Assembly (NCBI GenBank): GCA_013815775.1
Contig: JACDFN010000001.1
Location: forward strand, 241,858 to 305,857
DNA: 64,000 bases
Reading direction: 5' to 3'
Source of the DNA: Candidatus Saccharimonadota bacterium
GTDB lineage: Bacteria > Patescibacteriota > Saccharimonadia > Saccharimonadales > UBA10212
Shown: one piece after another, positions 20,774-29,082 of the stretch
Numbering within the stretch: position 1 is the stretch's first letter
Layout of the letters: each line of letters opens with the position of its first letter
Position numbers and translations under genes: made by a program
Notes under the pieces: model-generated
What the model was told of the DNA's origin: nothing
Seen by the model: the letters and a program-made list of their open reading frames with translations, nothing else
Databases searched by the model: none

Positions 20774-20985
20774 ATATCTGGAACTATTTAACTATCGGAA
20801 GCGTAGTGCTACTTGTGATTTTAATACTTATACAAACGCGGGGGGCTAGTCTAGGTGCCGGGCTGGGTGGGGGCAGTGAAGTTAATACCGTTCGCCGCGG
20901 CTCTGACAAAACTCTGCACCAGCTTACGATTATTCTAGTCTTTATATTTGGTGGAAGTATAATTATGACTCTACTCGTACAGTAG
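20770..20985 (+). CDS. secG: preprotein translocase subunit SecG
   Basis: 71 aa, two TM helices and a glycine-rich loop (SLGAGLGGGS), LHQLT motif. Confidence 0.7.
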   Translation: MNIWNYLTIGSVVLLVILILIQTRGASLGAGLGGGSEVNTVRRGSDKTLHQLTIILVFIFGGSIIMTLLVQ

Positions 20986-21003
20986 CGATGGGCTGACTAA
21001 ACA

Positions 21004-22794
21004 ATGTTAGAAGTTGATGAAAAAACAAAAAAACGTGTCAAAAGGGGTATATTGCGGCGGCGTAAAAATGCTGTAACTCTAGGTGGGCGTGCCGATTTAC
21101 AAATAGAACAGTTATTAATTAGGCGGTTTGAGAGGTTAATTTCGGTCAGGCGCTTTATTTTTTTATGGGTATCGTTGTTTATTATATTGATCTTTCTTGG
21201 GGCCTATCAGCTTAGAGATCTGTCTACTTACTACCAATCGCAGCAGCCGATTCCAGGCGGCATATACCACGAAGGCATAGTTGGCACCTTTACTAACTCA
21301 AATCCGCTTTTTGCTGCCGGTACGGCCAATACCGCTGTTAGCAGGCTAGTATTTTCCGGCCTTTTTAAGTACAACGTCAACAATAAACTCGTAGGAGATT
21401 TAGCCACTGGGTGGAATTTAAATGAACAACAAACTACCTATATCGTGGGCTTAAAAAACGACATCACTTGGCAAGATGGTACTAAGTTTACGGCTGATGA
21501 CGTTGTTTTTACATATAAAGCTATCCAAGATCCAGAAACTCAATCCGTCCTTTACGCTAACTGGAAAGATATAAAAGTTACAAAATTAAACGACTTTGCT
21601 GTTATTTTTGAGCTGCCAAACAGCCTCAGTTCTTTTCCGTATGCCCTAACTGATGGAATTATTCCCAACCATCTCCTAAAAGATACTCCCCACACCCAAC
21701 TTCGAAGTGCTACTTTTAACGCATCGCCAGTGGGCACCGGGCCATTTGAATGGCGGTTTGTGGAAACTATAGGCACCGGTACACCCCAACGCGAGCAGCG
21801 TATCAGTCTTACGCCCTTTGAGAAGTATTGGGAGGGTCGCCCAAAACTCAATGGCTTCAATCTATTAGCATTTACAGATGAACAATACTTACTGGCCGCT
21901 TTTAAAAAGAAACAGCTCAATGCCATGAGCGGCCTGGAAAACTTGCCGAAAGACCTGGCTAAGGATAGCAGCATTAAAACCTATAACACTCCCTTAACTA
22001 GCACCATTATGGCTTTTTTCAATAATTCCAAGCCAATCTATGATGATGTAAATGTCCGTAAAGCCCTTGTTGCCGGAGTTGAAAGAAATAAGGTCATCGA
22101 ACTTTTCTCTTTTCCTGTAAAGCTGGCAAATAGCCCTCTGTTGCCGGCTCAACTTGGTTATGACCCGACCCTAACTCAGATACCTTACAATTTCGATCAA
22201 GCCAATAAACTTTTAGATACTGCTGGCTGGGTTAAGGATGAGAACGGCCAGCGCCAAAAGAATGGCAAACCTCTAGTTATTAACATGAGAGCCCAAGAAA
22301 CGCAGGAGTACACAAAAGTAGCTGATTTTCTGCAACGAGAATGGCAAAAGCTAGGGGCTAAGGTAGCTATCCAGTATCACACCAGCGAAGATCTACAGTC
22401 GTTAGTTATTGCCAATCATGAATACGAGGTATTGCTGTACGGAATTAGCTTAGGGGTAGATCCAGATGTGTACGCCTACTGGGACAGCTCACAGGCCAGC
22501 GTGGGCTCTCAAGGACGTCTTAACCTAAGCGAATACAAGTCGGCAGCTGCCGACCAAGCTATTGAGTCTGCTCGCACCCGGGCAGACCAGGCAACCCGCA
22601 CCATAAAATACAAAGCCTTTTTAACAGAATGGGTGAAAGATGCTCCGGCGCTTGCTCTCTATCAGCCCAATTCTCTATACGTAGCCAGAAATGTGGTGTT
22701 TAATTACGAGCGAAAGTCCAGTAACAGCTCTGCCGACCGTTTTTATAACGTACACCAATGGATGATCCGCCAACAAAAACAAAAAATCCTCTAA
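21004..22794 (+). CDS. ABC transporter substrate-binding protein, family 5 (OppA/DppA-like), membrane-anchored
   Basis: N-terminal TM anchor then SBP_bac_5-like sequence (FTNSNPLFAAGTANT...DITWQDGTKFTADDVVFTY). Confidence 0.8.
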   Translation: MLEVDEKTKKRVKRGILRRRKNAVTLGGRADLQIEQLLIRRFERLISVRRFIFLWVSLFIILIFLGAYQLRDLSTYYQSQQPIPGGIYHEGIVGTFTNSNPLFAAGTANTAVSRLVFSGLFKYNVNNKLVGDLATGWNLNEQQTTYIVGLKNDITWQDGTKFTADDVVFTYKAIQDPETQSVLYANWKDIKVTKLNDFAVIFELPNSLSSFPYALTDGIIPNHLLKDTPHTQLRSATFNASPVGTGPFEWRFVETIGTGTPQREQRISLTPFEKYWEGRPKLNGFNLLAFTDEQYLLAAFKKKQLNAMSGLENLPKDLAKDSSIKTYNTPLTSTIMAFFNNSKPIYDDVNVRKALVAGVERNKVIELFSFPVKLANSPLLPAQLGYDPTLTQIPYNFDQANKLLDTAGWVKDENGQRQKNGKPLVINMRAQETQEYTKVADFLQREWQKLGAKVAIQYHTSEDLQSLVIANHEYEVLLYGISLGVDPDVYAYWDSSQASVGSQGRLNLSEYKSAAADQAIESARTRADQATRTIKYKAFLTEWVKDAPALALYQPNSLYVARNVVFNYERKSSNSSADRFYNVHQWMIRQQKQKIL

Positions 22795-22877
22795 TTTAAC
22801 ACGTACATCTTGGCTAGTCCTCTCTTCCCACCCGATTCAAGTGGGGATACTTGAATCGGAAGGAGCAAAGCCGACTA

Positions 22878-22926
22878 AAAAGAAAAGAACTAAAACTCGT
22901 GCCGTTGCTTAAGTTTTAGTTCTTTC
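22878..22926 (-). terminator. intrinsic terminator of the minus-strand tRNA-Cys/tRNA-Leu pair
   Basis: 14-bp perfect stem (aaagaactaaaact / agttttagttcttt) followed on the minus strand by TCTTTTT, 20 nt beyond the tRNA-Leu 3' end. Confidence 0.55.
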
Positions 22927-22945
22927 TACAAAGTCGAGCTTTGCG

Positions 22946-23029
22946 ATGGTGGGCGAGGTGGGATTCGAACCCACAACCCGTAAGGGCACGGATTTTAAGT
23001 CCGCTATGTAAACCATTCCATCACTCGCC
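22946..23029 (-). tRNA. tRNA-Leu(UAA), type II, CCA encoded
   Basis: Manual fold: 7-bp acceptor GGGCGAG/CTCGCCC, anticodon loop CUUAAAA, long variable arm, canonical T-arm GTGGG-TTCGAAT-CCCAC, ACCA 3' end. Confidence 0.85.
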
Positions 23030-23103
23030 CTGGAGGCGCGTACGAGCTTCGCACTCGTGTAAAAGGTTTTGCAGACCTTTGCCTAACTCCTCGGCCAACG
23101 CGC
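23030..23103 (-). tRNA. tRNA-Cys(GCA)-like with noncanonical T-loop (TGCGAAG); its CCA abuts the first nucleotide of tRNA-Leu
   Basis: Manual fold: acceptor GGCGCGT/ACGCGCC, discriminator U73 (a Cys identity element) and encoded CCA. Anticodon stem AAGGT/ACCTT with loop CUGCAAA (U33, GCA, A37). T-stem ACGAG/CTCGT but T-loop has G at position 55. Confidence 0.5.
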
Positions 23104-23222
23104 CTTAGTCTTACCCCTCACAATTATACAAGATTAGGTCGCTTTAGTAGTTGCAAGATTGCCAAATAAGCGTTATTGTTTAATCACTAGCAATTAACAT
23201 GGGTGGGTAACAGGAGGGAAGT

Positions 23223-23357
23223 ATGGACTGGACTTGGAGCTCACCTATCGCTTTTGGTCTCTTCTTGCTGATGGCCGGCGGAGCACTCGTACTGCTTGGC
23301 TTGGCAATTAGCCTAGCGGCCGGTAGTTCGCCGCTGCCAGCAAAGCGACGACGCTAA
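23223..23357 (+). CDS. unannotated 44-aa small hydrophobic (single-TM) protein
   Basis: ATG preceded by AGGAGGG; sequence MDWTWSSPIAFGLFLLMAGGALVLLGLAISLAAGSSPLPAKRRR. Followed by an intrinsic terminator. Below the track size cutoff. Confidence 0.4.
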   Translation: MDWTWSSPIAFGLFLLMAGGALVLLGLAISLAAGSSPLPAKRRR

Positions 23358-23374
23358 AGAGATTTCTCACAAAA

Positions 23375-23411
23375 AGCCCTAGGTAAATTACCCAGGGCTT
23401 TTTTGTATTTT
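23375..23411. terminator. bidirectional rho-independent terminator
   Basis: agccctagg-taaatta-cccagggct stem-loop flanked by T-runs on both strands. It sits between the small plus-strand ORF and the minus-strand ORF 23424..23648. Confidence 0.55.
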
Positions 23412-23423
23412 AATGAGGGTGAA

Positions 23424-23648
23424 TTAATTAAGTGGTAATCTCGGGCTGAAGCCTAAAAGATTCGCCTCGGCGGTTGCCATATTTGCTAGATTTTGTAGCA
23501 AAGCAACGTCTTGGTGTTCCTCTGGCGTAAGTTTAGAGGGGTCAATATTAGCGTTGATGACTGCCTCTGCCGCCCGGCTACGAAGCTCATGTAATTTATC
23601 ACCCGTCGGTTCATCTTCTGCTGATCCTAGTTTTTCTATATCTGGCAT
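23424..23648 (-). CDS. small acidic hypothetical protein (74 aa from MPDIEKL...)
   Basis: Start chosen at the ATG preceded by AAGAGGA. The track's longer N-terminus is encoded by the 57-bp repeat read in reverse. Confidence 0.5.
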   Translation of the reverse strand: MPDIEKLGSAEDEPTGDKLHELRSRAAEAVINANIDPSKLTPEEHQDVALLQNLANMATAEANLLGFSPRLPLN

Positions 23649-23669
23649 GTTGAAATTCCTCTTCTTATA

Positions 23670-23726
23670 ACATACTAACAAAACTATTGATAAACTGGCC
23701 ATGTGTTGGCGCTAATAAACCTTTGC
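23670..23726 (+). repeat. 57-bp direct repeat, copy 1 (left flank of the abrB-ABC cassette)
   Basis: 48/57 identity with 27499..27555, including a perfectly conserved 25-mer acatactaacaaaactattgataaa. Confidence 0.6.
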
Positions 23727-23794
23727 GGGGTGGACTTATACAATGAAAGTTCAAACTCATTTCATTTCAAGAAGCCGAAAAGGGCCAACGGGTA

Positions 23795-23836
23795 TTGACA
23801 CGGAAACAAATCATACTTATCATACTAATATGATAA
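23795..23836 (+). promoter_or_regulatory. sigma70-like promoter (TTGACA-17-TATCAT) with an overlapping 8-4-8 palindromic operator TTATCATA-ctaa-TATGATAA
   Basis: Read directly from the sequence upstream of the AbrB-like gene. The perfect inverted repeat overlaps the -10 box. Confidence 0.5.
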
Positions 23837-23861
23837 TGTAACAAACCAGGAGTTTTGGAAT

Positions 23862-24101
23862 ATGGATAGTTTTAAGTTTTATGGTTCTGCCACAGTAGGC
23901 ACCAAGGGCCAAATTGTAATCCCAGCAGAGGCTCGTGACGAGCTAAATTTTAAAGAGGGCGACAAAGTGGTCATTATGAAGTCTCCTATGCACGATGGTC
24001 TTATGATGCTTAAAGCCGAAGTATTTGAGCAACATCTGAATCAAATGCAACATGGTATTGAACATCATCGTCAAAAAATGGCCGATAAGGAAAATAACTA
24101 A
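23862..24101 (+). CDS. AbrB/MazE/SpoVT-family DNA-binding protein (swapped-hairpin), putative autoregulator or antitoxin-like
   Basis: N-terminus KGQIVIPAEARDELNFKEGDKVVI matches the SpoVT/AbrB looped-hinge helix domain. Confidence 0.7.
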   Translation: MDSFKFYGSATVGTKGQIVIPAEARDELNFKEGDKVVIMKSPMHDGLMMLKAEVFEQHLNQMQHGIEHHRQKMADKENN

Positions 24102-24110
24102 AAGGAGTTT

Positions 24111-24272
24111 ATGATGCAGAACAAAGTGACAAAGCCGAAGAACCGCAAAAAAATAATTATCGTGTTGATTATTATCGCCTTAGTTGTAGGCGGTATTATC
24201 TATGCAGCAACAAAAGCTTCTGATTTTAAACCGCCATCACATAGTGATTTTCGTAATCAGCATGGCGGGTAG
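24111..24272 (+). CDS. unannotated 53-aa single-TM peptide
   Basis: AAGGAG SD, then ATGATG; MMQNKVTKPKNRKKIIIVLIIIALVVGGIIYAATKASDFKPPSHSDFRNQHGG. Sits between the AbrB-like gene and the ABC ATPase. Confidence 0.4.
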   Translation: MMQNKVTKPKNRKKIIIVLIIIALVVGGIIYAATKASDFKPPSHSDFRNQHGG

Positions 24273-24325
24273 AACGAGTAATAAACAGTTCAAAATTAAC
24301 TGAGAAACTGGAGGTTCAATAATCT

Positions 24326-25033
24326 ATGGTTAATAATCCTAACAAAATCCTAGCAGTCCAGCTACGTGGAGTGGTAAAGGCGTACCAGGTGAGTGCAGGA
24401 AAGTTTACCGCCATCCACCATATAGACCTAGATATCGTGCAGGGTGAATTTGTCGCCATTGTCGGTCAATCCGGCAGTGGCAAGACCACGTTATTAAATC
24501 TCCTTGCTGGAATTGATCGTCCAACGAGTGGCGAGGTACTGGTTGCAGACACGAGTCTGGGCAAGCTCTCAGAGTCGGACTTAGCTGAGTGGCGTGGCAA
24601 GCATGTGGGGCTAGTGTTTCAGTTTTTCCAACTATTACCAACACTGACGGTCGTAGAAAATGTACAATTGCCAATGGACTTTGCTAAAAACATACCGACT
24701 GCCCTGCGCCGAACACGAGCACTTGCACTGCTTGATAGGGTTGGCATAAAAGATCAGGCAAACAAGTTGCCTGCCATGCTTTCGGGGGGTCAGCAACAGC
24801 GAGCAGCCATAGCACGGGCTTTGGCAAACGACCCACCTATTTTGCTCTGCGACGAGCCAACCGGCAATCTTGATTCGGCGAATCGGCTATCGGTTCTTAA
24901 ATTGTTTGCCGACCTAAACGCCGAAGGGCGAACTATTGTCATGGTAACTCATGAACGGGATGCTTCGTCCTTCACCAGCCGACAAGTAACGCTGGTTGAT
25001 GGCCGTGTTGCCATTCCAGCCGGAAGGAGTTAG
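24326..25033 (+). CDS. ABC transporter ATP-binding protein (MacB/LolD/FtsE-like)
   Basis: Walker [16 protein letters not shown] signature [15 protein letters not shown], Walker B ILLCDEPT. Confidence 0.9.
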   Translation: MVNNPNKILAVQLRGVVKAYQVSAGKFTAIHHIDLDIVQGEFVAIVGQSGSGKTTLLNLLAGIDRPTSGEVLVADTSLGKLSESDLAEWRGKHVGLVFQFFQLLPTLTVVENVQLPMDFAKNIPTALRRTRALALLDRVGIKDQANKLPAMLSGGQQQRAAIARALANDPPILLCDEPTGNLDSANRLSVLKLFADLNAEGRTIVMVTHERDASSFTSRQVTLVDGRVAIPAGRS

Positions 25034-25038
25034 TAAAA

Positions 25039-27492
25039 ATGACAAAGCTACTCCTCATCAAGTTAGTTCGGGATATGCGGACAACCTGGGGGCGAATGGT
25101 GATGATGATCTTCGCTATCAGCCTCAGCCTCATTGCCTTTAGTACTATGTTGCAAGCGCGCACTCTCGTGCAGTCTAATATGACGAGCGGTTATCTCAGC
25201 ACCAATCCTGCTTCGGCTAGAATCACTATTAATCCAGGCGTTGCTCCTGAAAAAATTGAATCCACCCTCAATCTAGCCAAGTCAGAGCCAGGCATTATTG
25301 ATGCCGCTATGCGCTCGGTGCTTAGTCTCAAGATCCAAAAAGACGGCAGCGAATCGGCCACGCTCCAAATGTTTGTCGCCTCACCCGATGATCCAATGCG
25401 TATCGCGACGTTCAAAACCGAACGAGGTAATTGGCCTCCTCCTAAGGACGGTATCTTACTAGAGAAATCTACGCTTGAGGCTATGAAACTAAAGGTCGGC
25501 GAGAGTCTAACTGTCCTCGGTTCCAATGATAAACCGGTGCAACTAAAGATTACTGGCAGCGCTCGTGACCAAAGCCTTTCACCTGCCAGTCAAGACACTG
25601 GATACGGCCACATTTCAACAAATATCTTGCCACTTCTTGGCAAAGAACCTACTCTTAATCAACTAGCAATTACTGTGGCTGACAAGCCAGGCCAGACCGA
25701 ACCTAGCCATAACCGTGACGTAATCGTGCGCACGGCACTTAGTCTCGCCGACCGGCTAAAGCAGGACCCGGGTGTGAGCATTGAGCAGATAGCGGTTCCG
25801 CCGCCCTACGAACACCCACACCAGCAAATAGCCAACGCGCTATTAACGGCACTACTGGCTTTCGGTGCCTTGTCACTCCTTTTGAGTGCCGTTCTGATTG
25901 CCACTATGTTTAACGGATTGCTAACGCAGCACATACCGCAAATCGGCATCATGAAGGCGATTGGTGCTCGTTCGAATCGAATCCTACAATTCTATTTGAT
26001 TATGATTCTTTTGGTGTCAGCGATAGCTACAACTCTGGCCTTTGTGCCTGGTATTGTGCTCGGCCGAGCACTGGCTGATTTGTTACTTAAGGGCGCTTTA
26101 AATATAGATGTTACAAGCCTGTCGGTGCCATTATGGGTATATGCCGTGACTGGTATTGTGGGTATCGGTGTGCCACTGCTGCTAGCACTCATACCACTTG
26201 TGCGGGCTAGTCGTAAAACGGTACGAGAGGCACTTGATGAGCGTGGTGCCACTGATCGCCCGGGACGCTTTACAAAGCGTTTGTATAGCTGGCTTGGCAA
26301 ACTTCGTGGCGTAGATATAACTCTTTTGATGGCTTTTCGTAATATTTTCCGGCGCCAAGCGCGGTTTCTGCTATCAGTCGGGCTGCTGGCAACGGCCGGA
26401 GCGATATTTGTCGGCGGATTAAACCTAAGGGCAGGTTTCCAAGCTATTCCGAAAACAATTACAGACCAGAATAGTTGGGATGTCGGTGTAAGACTAAGAG
26501 AACCAGCTGTTGCCAAACAAGTTACGGATATCGTCGGAAATGTTCCTGGCGTTACAGGTGTTGAAACCTGGAATACTATATCCACGAACATCCAATATCC
26601 AGGGAAAGTCGATGTCACTCGCACTTATCCCGATCAAGGTCACGGTTCATTAAACCTCACTGCCATTCCTGAGGTAACATCAGTATTCAACCCACCTAAG
26701 ATAATTGAGGGGCGATGGCTTGCTGCGGGCGATACCGATGCGATTGTTCTCCCGCAATCTATACGAAAATCATTGCCTGATATGAAAGTCGGCGACAGCG
26801 TCCAATTGCCGATAGATGATGTTCTTACTGATTGGCTTGTCGTAGGCATAGCGCAGGATCTAGCTGGTGGGGCCTGTCCTTGCGTATCGCAAGTAGGTTT
26901 TGAGCAAGCCTCGGGCCAGCAAGGTCATGTTAACCTAATCCGAATTGTGACCGATCGCCATGACAAACAGGCGCGCATTGCTGCTGGACAAGCAGCCACC
27001 GAGGCGCTGGGTCTAGGGCAGATCAAAGCCCAGAGCGCCATGCCGATTGATGCTCTGGTCGACTCTGCAGAAGGTCATTCAAACGTGCTTATAATTCTGA
27101 TCATGTTTATCGCTGCCTCAATCGGTATAGTTGGATTGATCGGGCTGGGTTCCACTATGAGCACAAATGTAATTGAGCGCACCCGTGAATTCGGTGTGAT
27201 GAACGCCATAGGAGCGCCTGCCGGAGTTGTGCGCCGTTTGGTGGTTTACGAAGGTGTTTTTATAGCAGTTGTAAGCTGCGTTGTTGCTATTGTTCCCACT
27301 CTGCTAATCACACTAGTCATGGGGACAGGACTTGGCAATTTGTTCTTTAGTGCGCCCGTACCGTTTCATGTTTCCTTGTGGGCAATCATCATTTGGATTG
27401 CCGTGGTTACGATTGGTGCGACGCTGGCTACCCTGGCACCAGCCTACAGAGCAGCCCGTCTGACCGTTCGCGAAGCACTGGCATACTTATGA
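25039..27492 (+). CDS. ABC transporter permease, FtsX/MacB family, duplicated module (817 aa, ~10 TM, two large extracytoplasmic domains)
   Basis: Two FtsX-like 4-TM blocks, each preceded by a large loop; follows the ATPase with a 5-nt gap. Confidence 0.85.
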   Translation: MTKLLLIKLVRDMRTTWGRMVMMIFAISLSLIAFSTMLQARTLVQSNMTSGYLSTNPASARITINPGVAPEKIESTLNLAKSEPGIIDAAMRSVLSLKIQKDGSESATLQMFVASPDDPMRIATFKTERGNWPPPKDGILLEKSTLEAMKLKVGESLTVLGSNDKPVQLKITGSARDQSLSPASQDTGYGHISTNILPLLGKEPTLNQLAITVADKPGQTEPSHNRDVIVRTALSLADRLKQDPGVSIEQIAVPPPYEHPHQQIANALLTALLAFGALSLLLSAVLIATMFNGLLTQHIPQIGIMKAIGARSNRILQFYLIMILLVSAIATTLAFVPGIVLGRALADLLLKGALNIDVTSLSVPLWVYAVTGIVGIGVPLLLALIPLVRASRKTVREALDERGATDRPGRFTKRLYSWLGKLRGVDITLLMAFRNIFRRQARFLLSVGLLATAGAIFVGGLNLRAGFQAIPKTITDQNSWDVGVRLREPAVAKQVTDIVGNVPGVTGVETWNTISTNIQYPGKVDVTRTYPDQGHGSLNLTAIPEVTSVFNPPKIIEGRWLAAGDTDAIVLPQSIRKSLPDMKVGDSVQLPIDDVLTDWLVVGIAQDLAGGACPCVSQVGFEQASGQQGHVNLIRIVTDRHDKQARIAAGQAATEALGLGQIKAQSAMPIDALVDSAEGHSNVLIILIMFIAASIGIVGLIGLGSTMSTNVIERTREFGVMNAIGAPAGVVRRLVVYEGVFIAVVSCVVAIVPTLLITLVMGTGLGNLFFSAPVPFHVSLWAIIIWIAVVTIGATLATLAPAYRAARLTVREALAYL

Positions 27493-27498
27493 TAGAGG

Positions 27499-27555
27499 AC
27501 ATACTAACAAAACTATTGATAAATTTGCCTTATGTTGCCGCTAATGAGTCTTTGC
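27499..27555 (+). repeat. 57-bp direct repeat, copy 2 (right flank of the abrB-ABC cassette)
   Basis: See copy 1. Begins 7 nt after the permease stop codon. Confidence 0.6.
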
Positions 27556-27620
27556 TTGTGCGCCGTTAGCTACGAAAGTAAAATTTTACTCCTATAGTCT
27601 AAGCCAAAATAGCACCTAGC

Positions 27621-28148
27621 TTAAGATGAGAGTTCGGCAAGCAACTTATTCGCTCTTCTAATGACGGAGTTTGATTTGTGTTTTTGCTGTACGTTGAGTA
27701 ATGAAACTGTATCTTTCTGTGGGACAGAACCGTCTTTCGTAAATTGTACTAATGTTTGCATTGCATTTGCTGCGACGATCCAGTCAACATCTGTATTAGA
27801 CAGCAAATGCTTAAGCCAGTTTATCGCATTGAGTTTCTGTTCTGGACTTAAGCTGACCTGACTATATATCTGAGCCAAATGCCACTGTATTGATGGTTGA
27901 CCGTTTGAACCCAATTCGACTTGAAATTTATCTACGTACGGCAGTAGCCAATCGGGGTGCTGACGACAGATTTTTTCTAATGCGTCTACGGCACGCATTC
28001 TTATCCATGCGTCCTCATTAAATACGCAACTATATAGTTCGTCGAGTTGGTTTTTGTTATTTAATACTTGTTCAATAACTTCATTCGTCCTACCAAGGGA
28101 ATTGGACTTACCCCCGACTGTAAGTATTTCTGCGTAGCTTTCTGTCAT
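27621..28148 (-). CDS. hypothetical alpha-helical protein (possible HEAT-like / DNA-alkylation-repair-like repeat protein)
   Basis: 175 aa, all-helical composition. The WIRMRAVDAL motif is reminiscent of AlkD-like HEAT repeats; that assignment is weak. Confidence 0.5.
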   Translation of the reverse strand: MTESYAEILTVGGKSNSLGRTNEVIEQVLNNKNQLDELYSCVFNEDAWIRMRAVDALEKICRQHPDWLLPYVDKFQVELGSNGQPSIQWHLAQIYSQVSLSPEQKLNAINWLKHLLSNTDVDWIVAANAMQTLVQFTKDGSVPQKDTVSLLNVQQKHKSNSVIRRANKLLAELSS

Positions 28149-28162
28149 ACTCTAACAATAAC

Positions 28163-28190
28163 AAAAGAGACGGTTTTAGCCGTCTCTTTT
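28163..28190 (-). terminator. intrinsic-terminator-like hairpin 15 nt upstream of the 27621..28148 start codon (candidate attenuator)
   Basis: 11-bp perfect stem aaaagagacgg/ccgtctctttt, followed on the minus strand by GUUAUUGUU, then AGAGU and ATG. Confidence 0.45.
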
Positions 28191-28196
28191 GGTTCA

Positions 28197-28298
28197 TCTG
28201 TGGTGCGGGATAGTTGACGCATTTCAAACATCGGCTATCATTGCCGATAACGATTATAAACTAAAGCATTTGGTTGAGGTATTCAACTTATCAGGCAG
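28197..28298 (-). repeat. conserved ~100-nt leader element, copy A (two conserved blocks around a variable hairpin)
   Basis: Aligns with 31046..31146: a 36-nt block at 33/36 identity, a 19-nt nonconserved insert, then a 47-nt block at ~41/47 identity. Both copies lie directly 5' of minus-strand genes. Confidence 0.55.
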
Positions 28299-28354
28299 CT
28301 TGCTTGATGCTTAATTGAATGACTTGAATAAGTCTTTTAGAAAAATATCTACGG

Positions 28355-28918
28355 TTATAGCTGGGCTTTGGGAATTAACAGGCCCGACGACACTATACGC
28401 CTGTTTATTCCTCTAATTGACCACGCTATCAAAATAATTCCTAAAATATTCGCTCCAGTTGCCAGCAGTTGAGTAGCCGCAAACCGCTCGGCACTAAAAT
28501 AAGCTCCTGAGCCAGCTAGAGCTGTAACAAGTGGAGCCACTATAGAAGTTCCACATGATACGCAGTGCGAACCTACCATAGCCACTAGAGCACCGCTATT
28601 ACTCTTAACTGCTCCTAGGCGTTGCTTACTTGACCGCCACATGAACACTAGTAACATTAAGTTAATGGCCAGCAATAAAGAAAATACAAGCCTCGATAGA
28701 TTAACTGGATTACCTATATTGAAGAAGGTAATGTAGGTATCAAAAATAAAACCGAATTTACCTACAGTCGTAAGACTGGGCGAACTTAAAATGTATGCCA
28801 GCAGGTTTATATTTACTAACCATAAGAAAATACTAATAGCGATGAACCAAAACAGCAGAAAATATCTAAAATAAGGTCGTCGCTTAAGAATCTGTTTGGC
28901 GACATTGTATGATTGCAT
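28355..28918 (-). CDS. hypothetical polytopic membrane protein with a single CxxC motif (GSHCVSCG)
   Basis: 187 aa with 4-5 predicted TM helices. Only two Cys, arranged CxxC near a TM boundary. Confidence 0.55.
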   Translation of the reverse strand: MQSYNVAKQILKRRPYFRYFLLFWFIAISIFLWLVNINLLAYILSSPSLTTVGKFGFIFDTYITFFNIGNPVNLSRLVFSLLLAINLMLLVFMWRSSKQRLGAVKSNSGALVAMVGSHCVSCGTSIVAPLVTALAGSGAYFSAERFAATQLLATGANILGIILIAWSIRGINRRIVSSGLLIPKAQL

Positions 28919-28929
28919 GGTTTTTTGCG

Positions 28930-29082
28930 TTATGCCTGTTTTTGACTTTCAACTGCCAGCTTAGTAATTTCCAAATTACAGCTTTTGTATTTATTGCACC
29001 AAGCCTCGCACTTTTTAGCAATCTCTTCGTCATAGTAATAAAGCCCGCATTCTGGGCATTGAAATATCTTCTGCTCGCTCAC
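28930..29082 (-). CDS. unannotated 50-aa zinc-ribbon-like protein (CxxC-x17-CxxxC), GTGA-coupled to the upstream reductase
   Basis: VSEQKIFQCPECGLYYYDEEIAKKCEAWCNKYKSCNLEITKLAVESQKQA. GTG start overlaps the TGA stop of 29079..30419; GAGGT lies 7 nt upstream. Confidence 0.45.
   Translation of the reverse strand: MSEQKIFQCPECGLYYYDEEIAKKCEAWCNKYKSCNLEITKLAVESQKQA

Noticed and set aside
25992-26849. Minus-strand ORFs (210 aa, 69 aa) inside the FtsX permease gene
   Set aside because: Antisense shadow ORFs within a clearly coding membrane-protein gene.
23424-28148. Prophage or integrative-element call for the repeat-flanked cassette
   Set aside because: No integrase, recombinase, transposase or phage structural gene is present; only the direct repeats suggest past insertion, so it is reported as a finding rather than annotated as a mobile element.
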